Shown piece by piece: positions 1-24,300 of a stretch of DNA of 64,000 nt. Both the position numbers and the translations under genes were made by a program. How positions within the stretch are numbered: position 1 is the stretch's first letter; every line of letters starts with the position of its first letter. This DNA comes from Tubulanus polymorphus (Eukaryota; Animalia; Nemertea), in contig NC_134031.1 of the NCBI RefSeq assembly GCF_964204645.1, forward strand, positions 16,603,807 to 16,667,806, written 5' to 3'. The notes beneath the pieces were generated by a model. That model was not told the DNA's origin, did no database searches, and saw only the letters and a list, made by a program, of their open reading frames with translations.

Positions 1-1063
1 TAAGAAAACAAATCATAAAATCGTTTTTAGAAAATACGGTGAAAAGTCACACATTAGAAGAGAAAGGCATAAGGAGAAAGTAATGTTAAAATCCGAGTTG
101 CTACCCACACAACACACACACGGCAAAGTTTGTGGATAAAGTTGCGTCAAAATAATACTTCAACAACACAGGCGCAAGAACTCAAACACATGTGCTCAGA
201 TAAGATTAAAATTAAAAAGAAATATGAAAATGAAAATACACGCTATTTTATATCATTATATAACTATGTAGATGTAAATATATATAGGATATAAGTTCTC
301 TCTCTCCCTCTCTCTTTACCAACCTTACATGCCAGCGAGTATTTCAAATATGAATTTTTGAGTCTAAAAGAATTGCAGTTCATGAGCTAAAAGCAATCAG
401 ATGCCAGTTAAAAATAGCCTCATCTATCTATAAGCAATCAGATGCCATTTAAAGATCATTTCAAAAGGATTTTTTATTTTTCATTTATTAGTAATTAAGA
501 ATTTTAGAAGGTGAATCAAAATTTACGAGAAATCGGCTACGGTTAGGTGCACAGCATTCAAGCATAAGAGTAATCATCTGAATAAAGTAGGATGGAAAGA
601 GAGAGAGAGAGCGATGGATAATTGTTTATTAATTATTATCATTATCTATTAATTGATAATTCATCGCTGTAGTAGTTATCATTGAATACTGAAGCAGGAT
701 TGAAATATGATGACGGAAGCAGTGTAAGTAGTACCCATCCACTCCATCCAACAAGCATGCTTACTACTCAAAAAGTTTTTTTTAGTTAGAATGGTATACG
801 CCCTCCATGCGCAAAGTGATAAACTGCTTGCTACCAATGGCTGCAGGTGAGAGTTCATTCTCAAAATCCGATGGATTAATTAACGAACGGTCTCAAAAAT
901 ATCCAAATTTGGAAAGCAGTGCTATAAGCGAGAGCTGCGTTGAATACGAAAGGCGTTTCGAGATCGCGCAGTCAAATTGGTATAAAAAACAATTCGATCA
1001 CCATGCACAATAAGAAAAAACCGGCGTGCGGGCACCAGTCTAAATTAGAACAGTAATTCTTAC

Positions 1064-2767
1064 TGTAGAATGCTTCCAGAACTGCACGATATCCTTGAGT
1101 GAGTTGGGAGCTAACAGAAGGAAATCGCGCCATTCGTCGAACTCGATGGTCAGGTTACCATCTTTATCCATCCTGAAACGAACAATCAATCAGTACACGT
1201 TGCCGTGGTAACCGCTACATACATCGGACGAACGGACGGCCATCGCGGCAACGACATCAACAGATATCTATTATCATATAGGCCTAACTATAGTAATCAC
1301 TAAAATGATGACAATGATGGAAGTATGATATTTAACAATACTCCAAATGAGATGAGCCAAACGAACCTAGCATTGATAATTACATACAGCCAACCCCAGT
1401 TAATCCGTAAATGCAACTATTAAAACTATCTACATTTTGATAAGATTTTTTTTACATGTTTTGATCCATTTCATCTGATCTCTTCTCAGTGTCTTATCTA
1501 ACTATCTTCCTTAAACTGTCAGTATCACTGATAACTGCAGGGACGGATCCAGGGGCATGTTGTGACCATATCGACCAATAAAAAGGGCATAAATTCTCAA
1601 TTTAGGGCGGAAAGGCATATCAGCAAAATTTTGGAAATTTTACTATCATTTTAGAGCTTTCTGAGAATCTCTGAGAGGCATTTAGTCAAGAAACATAGGT
1701 TATATATTTAAGAAAAATATCTATTGTGTATCTCAGGTAGTTACAACGGCAAATTGTGATACGAAGAAAAAAATAATGAGGCACTTTTAGATTCCGACCG
1801 TGTCAGGCGACACGGTCTAAATCCGCCCCTGGACTGGGCGCTTATAAGGGAATAATCATAACTCAAAACTGGTGGGACCAATCTAAATGGATTTAGCACT
1901 TGGGCCTATATGGTTTAATCTGGGACGGAATGAGCAAGGTTGACCGTATATAGATAACAGCACTATCCGTGAAATTGTACAGTCTCACGCTAATAATCTA
2001 AAAAGAAATTTCATGGCGATCTGAGGCAGCAATTTATTCATAAACAATGCAACGAATTAACAGATTCAAAGTCGTGGACACAACGACTTGTTTTCACTTA
2101 CTTTTTCATCAATTTTTCGGCTTCAGATAAATCGATTCTAATACCGAGTTTCCTGAGTGATTGCATAATCTCATGAGGGTCGAGATGACCTGAGAAATTG
2201 TATAAAATGATACGCATTAATACACCGGACCAGGATCGGCGCTAGAAATCTGAAATTCTGGCGTATCTGAGTCTCCGCGATCGATACTAACCATCCTTAT
2301 TAATGTCCAAGTTGGAAAAGACCAGTTTGAGCTGTTTTTCATGCTGTAGAACGTAATGTACAAATTCACCGAAATCTAAATGTCCGTCTTTGTTGAGATC
2401 CGACTTCGTAACGATATTCTGAAAAAAGTATCGAATTAAAAAAATTACATAAACGCTTTGCCATATTTTCCTTGATCCTTTATTCTCGTTTGTGAGCCAA
2501 GGAATATTAATATTTTGCAAGGTTCGATTCTCAAGTAGTAAAAACAACGTTAAAACTATGTCATCGGAGCAAACCTACCTGTGCCTGTCCTGGATATGTT
2601 GGAACTCCCATATCTTCGAAGGCTTTAGATAAATCGTTCACGTCGATTCTTCCATCTTTATTCACGTCTAATTTGTCGAATAGTTTCTGCAGTCTCGTCT
2701 CTTCCTCTGGATTGATGTGATGCAAGGCTGCTTCGCCCAATTTATGGACGTCATTTTCTCCAGTCAT
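1064..2767 (-). CDS. SCaMC: Calcium-binding mitochondrial ATP-Mg/Pi carrier (SCaMC, SLC25A23/24/25 family); N-terminal EF-hand exons only, remainder presumably left of the window
   Basis: Phase-compatible GT-AG exons 2579-2767, 2292-2418, 2102-2189 and 1064-1172 encode four EF-hand loops (LDVNKDGRIDVNDL, SDLNKDGHLDFGEF, LDINKDGHLDPHEI, MDKDGNLTIEFDEWRDFLL) ending ...DIVQFWKHST, the typical SCaMC N-terminus. Confidence 0.93.
1538..1831. mobile_element. Non-autonomous TIR element, CAGGGGCGGATCC family (copy 1)
   Basis: Ends cagggacggatccag...aatccgcccctg; the same termini recur at 12989, 15166 and 21020. Confidence 0.6.
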
Positions 2768-13640
<10,873 letters not shown>

Positions 13641-15165
13641 TCGGCAATTGCAGTGTAGAATTTCGCTGTAAATAGAATTGACGATACACAAACATTTCAA
13701 GCAATATTTATGAAATAAATGAATTTGAAAATGAATGCAATTTATCGATGAAATGAATTCGTTTCTGATGCTAAATTTAGAAATTGATATGTGCGTATGT
13801 CATAGAGTTGAATTCTATTATAATATATGATTATTTATTTAAGCCCGGGGTCGGTATGGAAACGGGTACCCCATCCATGATTCCCCTGGCCATGCGGAGC
13901 CAGATTTGTAAGAGCGGTATATTTTCGTCTCGATTATTTGTGATAACGTTTTATTTCGTAACATGTTTTAAAAACCAATGTGAACTCTTGCGCGGTGGAA
14001 TGAAAGATCTATTCGAAAATATTGTAGAATATTGTAGAGGCTGTTGTTCCTTGAACTGGTGAATGGTAAGGATATTCGACCACATGGTGCTACTGAAATC
14101 AAATTTATTTACGTACCGCTATATTCAAATTCACGACGTTAAAGATTCATATTTTTGTGAGTGTGAAAGAATAATAAGAACATGTGGGTACTTTGTGTGA
14201 AAATCGCACGAATACAACTTATCTAGATTTGTCATTTGTCAGAAAAACGAAAGATGAAATAAGCTGTTATTTTTGTAGATTGGCTATTTTTCATCGATGA
14301 ACTGCTTGTTTGTATACGAACGCAGTTTGCCTACCTTCTTACTTTACCGCCGCAATGAATGCATGATCCAATACAGCAAAACCAATCTGCTAGATTTAAA
14401 AAGACTGCGTAATCTCTGTGCCTTATCATTTCCGTAGCGCGTCTGAGAGCTAACTAATGCAGAGCAAATATGGAGTCTGATAATGCGCCCGAACTACCTA
14501 CTGTAAATATTGTTGATCCGCGTAAAGTTTCCAATTTCATCAATAGATGTCGTTCATGTAGGTCTATATACGTAGATACATGTACCGTGTTGTATGTAAA
14601 AATTTTAAAAGATGAATCGTTTTTATTTTTGAATATTTTTATGATGAATGTTGTACTTCTCTTGTTGTGACGAGAGAAAAAAAAACAGAAAAACGTTTTA
14701 GAAATTTACGGAAGATTATGTTGCAAATCAATTTCAGTTCTGTTGATTTTATTTTGTTAGTTCGAAAAAAGGATTATCAAATTTATGCTCTACACTAAAA
14801 ATTAGCGGGCCTAGTGTATACTACAAAATTCTTCCAGTACGCGGTTGTATTTTTTGCTTTGGTGCAAGCGGTAAAAAGAATATATGCAAGGTTTTATAGA
14901 TGTAGTCGGTTTTTTTAGAGAGAAATTTATTTATATTTTGTGATGATTTAAGTTTAAATTATGTTGTTTATCATCTATTTGTAGTCAATAACTTGTGAAA
15001 TGAAGGTACATATAGAGTTGATTAGTGAAAACTCTCACTCTGTTTACGAGTAGTTTAAATGGCTATTGAACTGATGAAATTAGTGTTTCACAAACTATCC
15101 ATTTCAATCTTTCAAAATTCTAGAAATCTAGCACCTCAGATCTTAATGTAATATCCTGTTTGGCT

Positions 15166-15332
15166 CAGGGGCGGATCCAAGATAACATTTTCACAACCTG
15201 GCTCAAGAAAGTTACACATACTGTGGGAAATTAGTGCCATGCTCAGAAAATGAATCATTTTTCAAAATTTTCTATGGTGACCTCGCATTTTTAGCTCCCA
15301 CCCCTCATCCAAAATTCCTGGATCCGCCTGTG
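15166..15332. mobile_element. CAGGGGCGGATCC-family TIR element (copy 3) with 5-bp TGGCT flanking duplication
   Basis: tggct|caggggcggatccaag...ctggatccgcctgtg|tggct. Confidence 0.7.
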
Positions 15333-18300
15333 TGGCTCCATACCCATTGAGGCACTTCATTTGAATATCAAACTGCCTTGAAAATGATAGCGCACACCGA
15401 TCTTGCTAGATGTTGAATGATTATAGTACAACTGCACATCTGCATATATGTACATTCATTTTATTTTTCACCTAACTTGCATTTTGCCTAAATCTTTTGA
15501 TTTCGACTTTAGAGCAATACAATGTCTGCATATACAAAATCTTGGCTCACCTTCGACTGAGTTATATACATATCTAGGCCTGGTATATTGTACGCTGTGC
15601 TCAGAATTTCGCCCAATCCATTCTGCGGTGATATGTATTGAAACTATTGTGATTATTGATAAATCAGCTGGTTCTGATTACCATATTGATAGACTTATTC
15701 ATAATAACCTTCGTTTTATTCATGGCTTAAAGCATAATCATTAATGCTGCTAAGAGATTTCTGAAAGAATGCAAAATGTCAAATACTAAAACAACCATTT
15801 AGAAGAGTGATGATAGTTATGTTACCAGGGTTAATGAAGATTTTTGCTCGAAATCTGAAAATACCTCGAAAATGACATTTTATTTTACGCTCTTTAAGGT
15901 CAGCAAAATCATAACGCAATAGTTAACAATTGTTGGAGCTGAATACAAGCTTTGTGAAGCAAATCATTCTAAGCATTTATTACTTTTGTGATGTTTTAAT
16001 GTAAAATGGATTTAGTTGTCTGTACCTCTGTACTTAATTTCAGATTTTGATTAACCAACGTTCACAAAATTTGACTTAATCCACTTTCGAATTCTTAAAG
16101 TCTGTTTAAATGTTGTACATGAAAATATTGTAACACAATTTTAGCCACGTTTTGCAGTGAAGGTATTTCCACTAATCTTGAAAACTTAAATTGCAGTTAT
16201 ACATCAAAAGAGCTTTAGTCATCAATCCATATAGTAAAACTGTGCCATGTTGTTCGCATTGATGAATGGTTGACTTGTAAAAAGTGAATATAATTTTGGT
16301 AATGGGCATTAGTTACGAAAGTGTTAACTGTTTCCAATCGATTTGATGATCTTTTTGCTGTTGTATGATCGTTTGTTAAGCCTTCTTGTCAGAAATGAAG
16401 AAAAACCTAAAGTTTGAATGCAGGAAAAAAATTTTTATCCAAAATATGGAATATGGTTATGATGTTATTTGTACATGTGTTTGATAATGACGGTGATAAA
16501 ACTGAAAACTGAAGACGTGTTTCGTTGACGATATCGCAGGAAAGCAATTGATGTACCTGGTGCTATTACAATCGAATTCTTTGCCTCGACAAAAAGTCTT
16601 TAAGTATAAATAATGTATGAAGTATTTGAATAATGTTTGTAAACGAGACCTACATATTGTGGTTGTCTGTTGGGGCTTCGCTTACCTTTGGAGGCTTAGC
16701 TGAAATAATTCATCAAGCTCTTGTCATCAAAACTATAATTACGATTACATTACGTACAGATGTATATGTAGGTGCTGGGTATTGAAATACAATCTTCCTT
16801 TCCTCTGAATGTACAGGCTTGAACAATGGCATCATCCATACATAAGTTTTTTTCGAGTCGGTACGTATTTTTGAAATGATATGCTTTTAAAATAAATAAG
16901 GAATACTTATGAGAAGAAACTTCAGTTTAGAGTTTATTGTTGTTGACGATACGTCTGAGGTTAGTGGGAAACTGCGCACCATTACAGAACTATCATAAAA
17001 GAACGCGAAAATCCTGTGCTAAACTGACGATATCCTGGAAAATCTTAACCCCTAGCTCTAACCCCAGCAGGGAACTTTTAGTATTAGAGCCCTATGTTCT
17101 AACCACTAGACCACCTAGGTAGTGCCAAGCTTTAAAGTTTGGCTTGTCTTGTCCAGTGTAATGACGAGTAACATGGTTTGTAGCAATTCAATAATTCTTT
17201 TGCTCAAGAAAAAGGTTGTTTCGGTGCTTCAGGAGTTTCTTCGGTGACTGATCAAGAAATTTGAGATTTGTTACCATTAGGCTGATAAATGCTTGATCTG
17301 ATACGAAACATTCTTAAACTAAGAAAAACGCTAAATTTTGTGAATAATTAGTCTTTTTTATTCAATCTGATTTTGTTTCTATAAATTAAAAAATATGTAC
17401 AAATGCTAAAAAAGTGACTTTTTCTAATACCTGTATGAAACGAAAGATGTTCTGCGACTGCAGCTACGTACGACAACTGAAAAATGATTTAGAGTCTCGG
17501 GATCTGCCATTTGTTGCGTATTATATCAATTTTGTAAATGTGTACCATATAATTACTGATAAATATATAGAGAAATACATTGCTGAAAATGAGTACAGTG
17601 CACCATCCATAGTTGGGGGAATATTTTTAATATACATGTATATAATTACGAATTAATGAGTTAATTATTGCAGAATGGCCAGATATAACACGGCTACGCA
17701 AGTTTATGCTAATTCATTCACATGTGATGTGGCACAAGTAAGCATATGAACTAAGGGATTTTTGAATTTCTTCGAAATTAGCACCTATCGTGAATTTAAC
17801 GTACGAACAATTTCAACACCTACAACAACACGCTCCTACAGAGCAGCAGCTTATACAAATACGTATTGAATACTGGGACGATAGACATTAGGACCCAGTT
17901 AGATCTATGTAGAGGGAACTGGATCATCAGATTTCCAGGTTCGCTAAGATCTATAGAAGACAATTCTCGTAGTAACCGATACGCCGCGAAGCTCGGCTGA
18001 CTTCGAAGAATTTCTTACGTTGCTACGCGTTGTTGATAAAATTTACGCTCCACAAATATAAAAGTATCACAGACATTAAAACAATACAACTTCAGTGTAA
18101 TTTTCCGGCGTACATAAATATTCCAACAGTAATTAAGACAAATAAATAAAACAATTCCGTCATAAAAATGTCAACTAAAAATACAAATACAAATGCCAAA
18201 TGCTTATAGTTCGTATTTTTGCTTCTTTTTCCTGATTCACGTTTTGAATTCGTAGAAATGAAATATTTCGGTCGCCAAGTTATGAGACATTCGACAATAA

Positions 18301-18346
18301 CACGTTTACCGTTGTACATTTAATTCAAATGTAATCCGTTCAGATT

Positions 18347-21300
18347 TCAATACGACGGATTTCGACGTATATCGATAATACGCTGAACGCCGCTGGCGAC
18401 CGCATCTTTGATATCGTCGTAAACTTCGACAGCTTCCTTGTTCGCCAATTCCATCAGATACATGCGACCTCGGTTATAATCCTTAACAGCTTGACTAGAT
18501 AACTGAAAATCAATGATAAGTTACAAATTATTCAGTCACAGGTAGTAATTCAGAATGCGCAGGAATCATTATGCACAAAATATGACAAGTGTACATAATG
18601 AAATACGAATGTTACAAGGTATTTGCCCTCAAAACTATGCAACAATAACTTGCCAAGTTCCCTTTACAAAACCATTCCTCCAGAATGGTTTTTAGTTGAG
18701 AACAGAACATTCAGTTTTCCTGATCTATTTTTCTATGCTTTAGATCTTTCAGTTTTTTCATTATTGGTTTAGACACTGGATATTATGGTAAAACAATAAT
18801 CATCACATTCGAACATCTTTTTTTTATTCAACACTTACTTCTTCTCCTTCGATTGTAGCATGTTCTTTGACATTCTCAATGCACAGAACAACATCGCAGC
18901 CCAGACCGATATAATAACCAGCCTTCAACACAAACGAATAAAACTGATTAGAATTAGACAAGCGACAAGTGTGTTATCTGGAAGGCATCAGCTTTCGACA
19001 TTGAACTAGGGAATTGTCCCTCTAGTCTATTTTGATTGATTTGATGTAATCATTTGGGGCGGCCCTAAAACCCACCACAACTGCTGGGAATGAAACAAGG
19101 CCTCGTTTTAAACAGGGGGAGATCGAGGTTAACTGTAGAGGGTAGCACTACGCTCAACTAATAAGGGCATAATCTATGACAAACCCCAAAAATTGTTTAA
19201 AATTTATTGCTTTTTGCGCAATTTCCAAGCGAGGCCAAGGGCGCGAAACTTAAACGACAGTAGCACATGCCTCTGAGGCTACCGTTAGAATCCGGGCCTG
19301 TTAACCATACCTCTAACATAGCAGCAGTAGCACGCGTGTCACCAGTTATAATGAACAATAACAAGTAGCAGTTCTCTTTGATGTTCGCCTCGATAGGAAT
19401 GTATCGTTCACTCCAATAAGGTGTCTGCGGGTTGAAATACGATATTCCGTGTTTCCTACAAAGATTCATAGTTACCGCATTAGCATCGTACTTACTGACA
19501 AAGCCTTAACCCTTTCAGTGCATATACACCGCAGTGCAGTGTATGAATCGGTGATGGATTTTGCCAATACACTGCACTGCGGTGTATTGGTATAATTAGT
19601 AATTAGTTTTAATCTCTATTGAAAGATGGCGGCAGCACCTGTCAAACATAGTGAAATATTAGTTACTAACGATACCTGCACCACGGTGTAGACGCACTGT
19701 AGTGGTATTCCCGTTATTCAACACACTAGGGCGAAATTTTTCAAAATTTTCAAATTATCTCCAGCACTATAGGGTATTGATTAGTTAGCACTGAAAGGGT
19801 TAATAAATTACCGAGGTGGCCACTCTAATTTGACTTGCTTTTTCCCTGACATGTTATTTTCCAGTCAAATACGTAAGACGTAGACAGAAACTGTTTGATC
19901 TTACGCGTGATCTTGCAATCTCAACCAATTTCTCTGACTTGACCAAAATTTCTAACTTCGTTTGTTAAAAAATTCCCCGACTATCCCCTGACTTTTTTAT
20001 AAAGAAGAGAAAATTCGCCGACTTTTCCCCTGATTTCCAGGTAAATGGCCACCCTGTATTACTTGTTTCTATTCGCGCTCACCGTAAAAGAGGTATAGCG
20101 ATTTCAGTTCTCCAGTTTGTGTCGCCACAACTTCCGCCGAGGAATATATCGCGACTACTAAATACATTATCGGCTGGTTCTTCATTCCTGCTTCGTTCTG
20201 TCAAAACACATTATCATACAACATTACATCTTAATCACACTCAGTTGATGGAATTAGTCAAACCCGCTTAATTTGAATTGGTTTACCGGTACTCCATTTA
20301 TAGTCCATTTATACATGCATGTGTTAAGTTTGATTGATGGTTAATCTGGGGCTGGTTGCACAGCCATGACTTAAGTCTAAAAGTGGTCTTAAATCTTAAA
20401 GCCGGGCGTAGGTCGACCTTGGGCGTAGGTTGCGTCACAAGTGGGGGCGTAAGTCGGTTGCGACACGATTGTCAGCGACTGTGTGCGACTAGTTGCTCGC
20501 AGCCGCAAGAGCGCGTAGATCGGTTGCGACGGTCGCGTCGCATCGTAGAAAGTAGAACATGTGCGACTCATTGCGACTGGCGTCGCTGCCAGTCGCAACC
20601 CGTCGCTGGCAGTCGCAAGGTAGCGTAGGTTGGTTGGTCGTTGCGACGCGATCGTCGCTGGCGGTCGCAGTGAGTCGCGTCGCAGTGAGTCGCAAGCCGT
20701 CGCAAGGCCGACCTACGCCCGGCTTAAGATTGGTCTTAAGTTGTTAGATTGGCTACAGAACTAAGTTGGTCTTTGACTGATCTTAAGTCCAAGGCTATGA
20801 TGACTATGCAACTGACCCCTGGATTTTTCATTAATCGTACTATAAATTTCATCGGTCCGGTCATCCGAACTAAACGGGCTCTATTGTATTGCTTAAACAT
20901 AAGAATCGACTTACTGCAAGGATGGAAGATGGAATGTAAAAACGATTTAAACTGCTGAATGGGACTTTGTGGCTATAAAAGAAAAACACGTCACACTGTA
21001 TTCGCAATATTTCATTAAACAGGGGCAGATCCACTGTATTCTAGAATTTCGTCAGAAAAATGTGAATTACATATCTCCTAGAAGTACCTTATCTAAGAGG
21101 TCCAGAATGCCTTTAAATACAAGGAAAAAAAGTCATTTTTCAAACTTTTAATGAGTTTGTGTCTCAATGAGCTCTGTCGCTGGCATATCATTGAGCAATA
21201 ATTTTTAAGATTATATTCAAATATAGGCTGGATATCCACCCCTGAATAAGTTGTTAGAGTTTAGCTGTGAGGATTCTTGTGGTGTTCGTCCCAAGCGGTA

Positions 21301-24300
21301 CTCAGAGGAGTTGGACACAAAACTGACGTCAACATACCCCATATTTATACTCGGTGACGAGACAGCAGAATTCACTGAGCGAGAACTGGGCGTCGTGGGA
21401 ATGCTTCGACGATGGCAAAGACGTCCGATGTAGTTCCGAATTGGTCAACATCTTAAATGCTAAGGACGCCTACAAGAAAGGAGAATGTGAGTATTTGAGT
21501 TTGAGAGACAGCTGTTCAATCAGTATTAAACCCTGTACCGCAGATACTTACATCATCAAGACCAATGCTTCCTTTATGACCAACATCAACTGCATTGAAT
21601 GCTTCTTTGATTTTACTGAAATGAATACCAGTATTGTATCTTAATGCAGAATTGTTTTTTTTTAAATGTTACTTTCAAACATTCACTTACATGTATTTGT
21701 CGGCTACTCTGATATGTGTAAATTTGACGGGTTGCGCCCCGTCTGCTAATGTCAAATCAGGTACTGATTTACCCTGTGAATAGAGCACAATTTTCTGATG
21801 AAAAATTTTTATGTGAATCTTACAGAAATTCTATGTCAATGCTTTTTATTGCGATTCAATGAATTCTAACAAATAAATTGTATAGCCACGTTCACACTAT
21901 CTCTAGGTAGTCCTTTGTCATTCAGCCCATACATGGAATGCACCAATTTAGAATCGGACCAAATCAATGCACATTTTCATATCAGTTAGACACAGCACTG
22001 TGATTAACAGGCAATTGAAGTGATGCTTCTATTCACAAACAGAAAAATAATCTGTTTTAAAATTTTGAGCAGACCTGGATCAGTTTCATCAGTTGGTCTA
22101 AATTAGTTCGTTTAAAATCGAGTGGTCCAGTCTAGAAGAAACTTCCTGCTAGAGTGAATTCTTGGTCTAAATTGGAATGGACTAAATTCGCAACGTTCTC
22201 AATAATGAAGTGTGAATGTGGCTTATGAAAATGACAGTTTATCGCGCTAAAAAATACCTCATGAATAACTGTAGAAGTGCATTGTAACGCTACTTGAATG
22301 TCATCGAATACGGGTAACCGGCGACGTTCGACTAGGTCCTGTATGAACGCTTGAGCTCGCGTCAGTGATGAATACTCTCTATCAAAACAATCATAACATA
22401 ACTGATTGAGCAACAACATCTGCCAACCACAAGATTAATCGTAGTTCATGTTCGGCTATCATTGCCACGACGTGTTATCTCTCATAGCTAATCCTTCTTA
22501 CAGGTTGCAGCCACTTTCCACCCATTTACAAATCCCCTGGGACCGGTTGCATAGTCATGGGACTTAATACCAGTATAAGACCAACTTAGTTCTATAGCCA
22601 ATCTAACAACTTAAGACCAGTCTTAAGATTTAAGACCACTGTGGGACTTAAGTTTCGACTATGGAACTAGGCCCTGAGTTTTCCCTGATTTCTCCATGTG
22701 TTTACACAAAATTCCCCACGAAGATCAGAGAAATTTTTAAAATGTTACAATTCATTCATTTTTCATTGAATCGCATATGGATAAGGAAACACATGACCAA
22801 TAGCATAATTCCCAGAGTTTTCAAGGCATAATTTGTCGAACTCCCCGATTTTTCTAGATTTTTTTCTGATTCCCTGGGTTTCGCAGGCCAGTGGCCATCC
22901 TGTGTTTGACATTTGCCCTGATATTGACAACTGGAATGACACATGTGAACAAACTCTGCGTCATTCTCAACATCGAACTTACGTGTCTGATATGACTTCA
23001 CCCATGATTTCCACGCTCGGATCAGGCAACGGTTTTATCACCAGTATCAACTGACTTCCCGATCCTGCGAAACAATCACATTTTACTTTCATCGTCTATC
23101 ATTACGCAACGCTTTAGATGGAAACGACGATAAGTCATACGAACCTGCTAAGTACGCGGCCTCGACTAATGACGCAATACATCTAGTGAAGTGATGAATT
23201 ACGAAAAAGTGAACTTGCGCAATCTGTAACGAATTCAACAACAAATTAGACACAATTATAAGCCACGATCACACGGAGACGATTCGGCCCTGGATCAGGC
23301 CTGAGGCAAATTTAGCCTGTTTCCAATTAGGAGAGTGCGTTCATACACTTAAACCACTCACTCGACATTAAACAATGCTTAAACAAAGCGAAGTGAGTCA
23401 CTTCGACGAACAGTTGCACCCGAGCTAAAATTTGGCTCAGGCCTGGGCCGATGTTTTTGGTGCAGCCAATTAGGCCTGGACCCATTTGGCACCCATGTGA
23501 GCAGTTGTTTGTGGTCAAATACTCGTGTGACCACGGCTATAATGACAATCAACGGGTCCCAAATTCAGATACCGCGCACATACACTTTTAGCTTGTTCTT
23601 CTATTTCTATCAGTTCCGGGCGCCATTTCGCAACTTGCTGTAAAAATAAATAAGCATAAAATTTCTCTATACCCTTTCAAAGTTCAGATTTCTTAAGAAA
23701 ATTGCTTAATTCATGATACGTACCGGGTTGTAGAATGTAATATTGTGTTTTTTCAGATAAGGTATAGCTGTATCGGCCCGCCACGTTGTAGGATTACAAG
23801 CACCACCCAGAAACACTGCACAAAAATACAATCAGTCCAATTTATGATAAGTTTAAATTGCCACGTAACATCCTTCGATATTCAGTTAACTCGCATGCCC
23901 TGGACAATATGTTACAAATTGTTCTACTTCGATTGATCGCGATATTGACTCCGCGTCGACTACCTGATATTTGCATATCTCTCTAGAGAGAATCTAATCT
24001 CTCTACTATAGCAGTATTTCAGAACGTAACATTTCCAATTATCGTTAAGATCGATTAGAATTACAACTGAAATTTCACGGTATTTCAACATTCACGCTAC
24101 ACATTACCTTGGAAATTATTCACCAGCCCTGAAAACAGAAACATCATTTGAAATTATTACAAGAGACATTTGATCTTGGCATTATTATGGCATATCCAAT
24201 GAGCGACACTACTGCAACAAGAGAAATTCCACCAGAATCAGCCAGCTTATTTTGGCAGTTCAACATTGAGAGGACATTGGTGACATCTGATACCTTGGTG

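Noticed and set aside
679-864. Possible alternative SCaMC exon
   Set aside because: No carrier-like sequence and no convincing splice pair.
17040-17120. tRNA-like A-box on the minus strand (GGTGGTCTAGTGGTTAG)
   Set aside because: No B-box or cloverleaf; at most a decayed SINE head.
20356-20747. Overlapping Arg/Ala-rich ORFs
   Set aside because: They lie inside a GC-rich MITE and have no transposase motifs.
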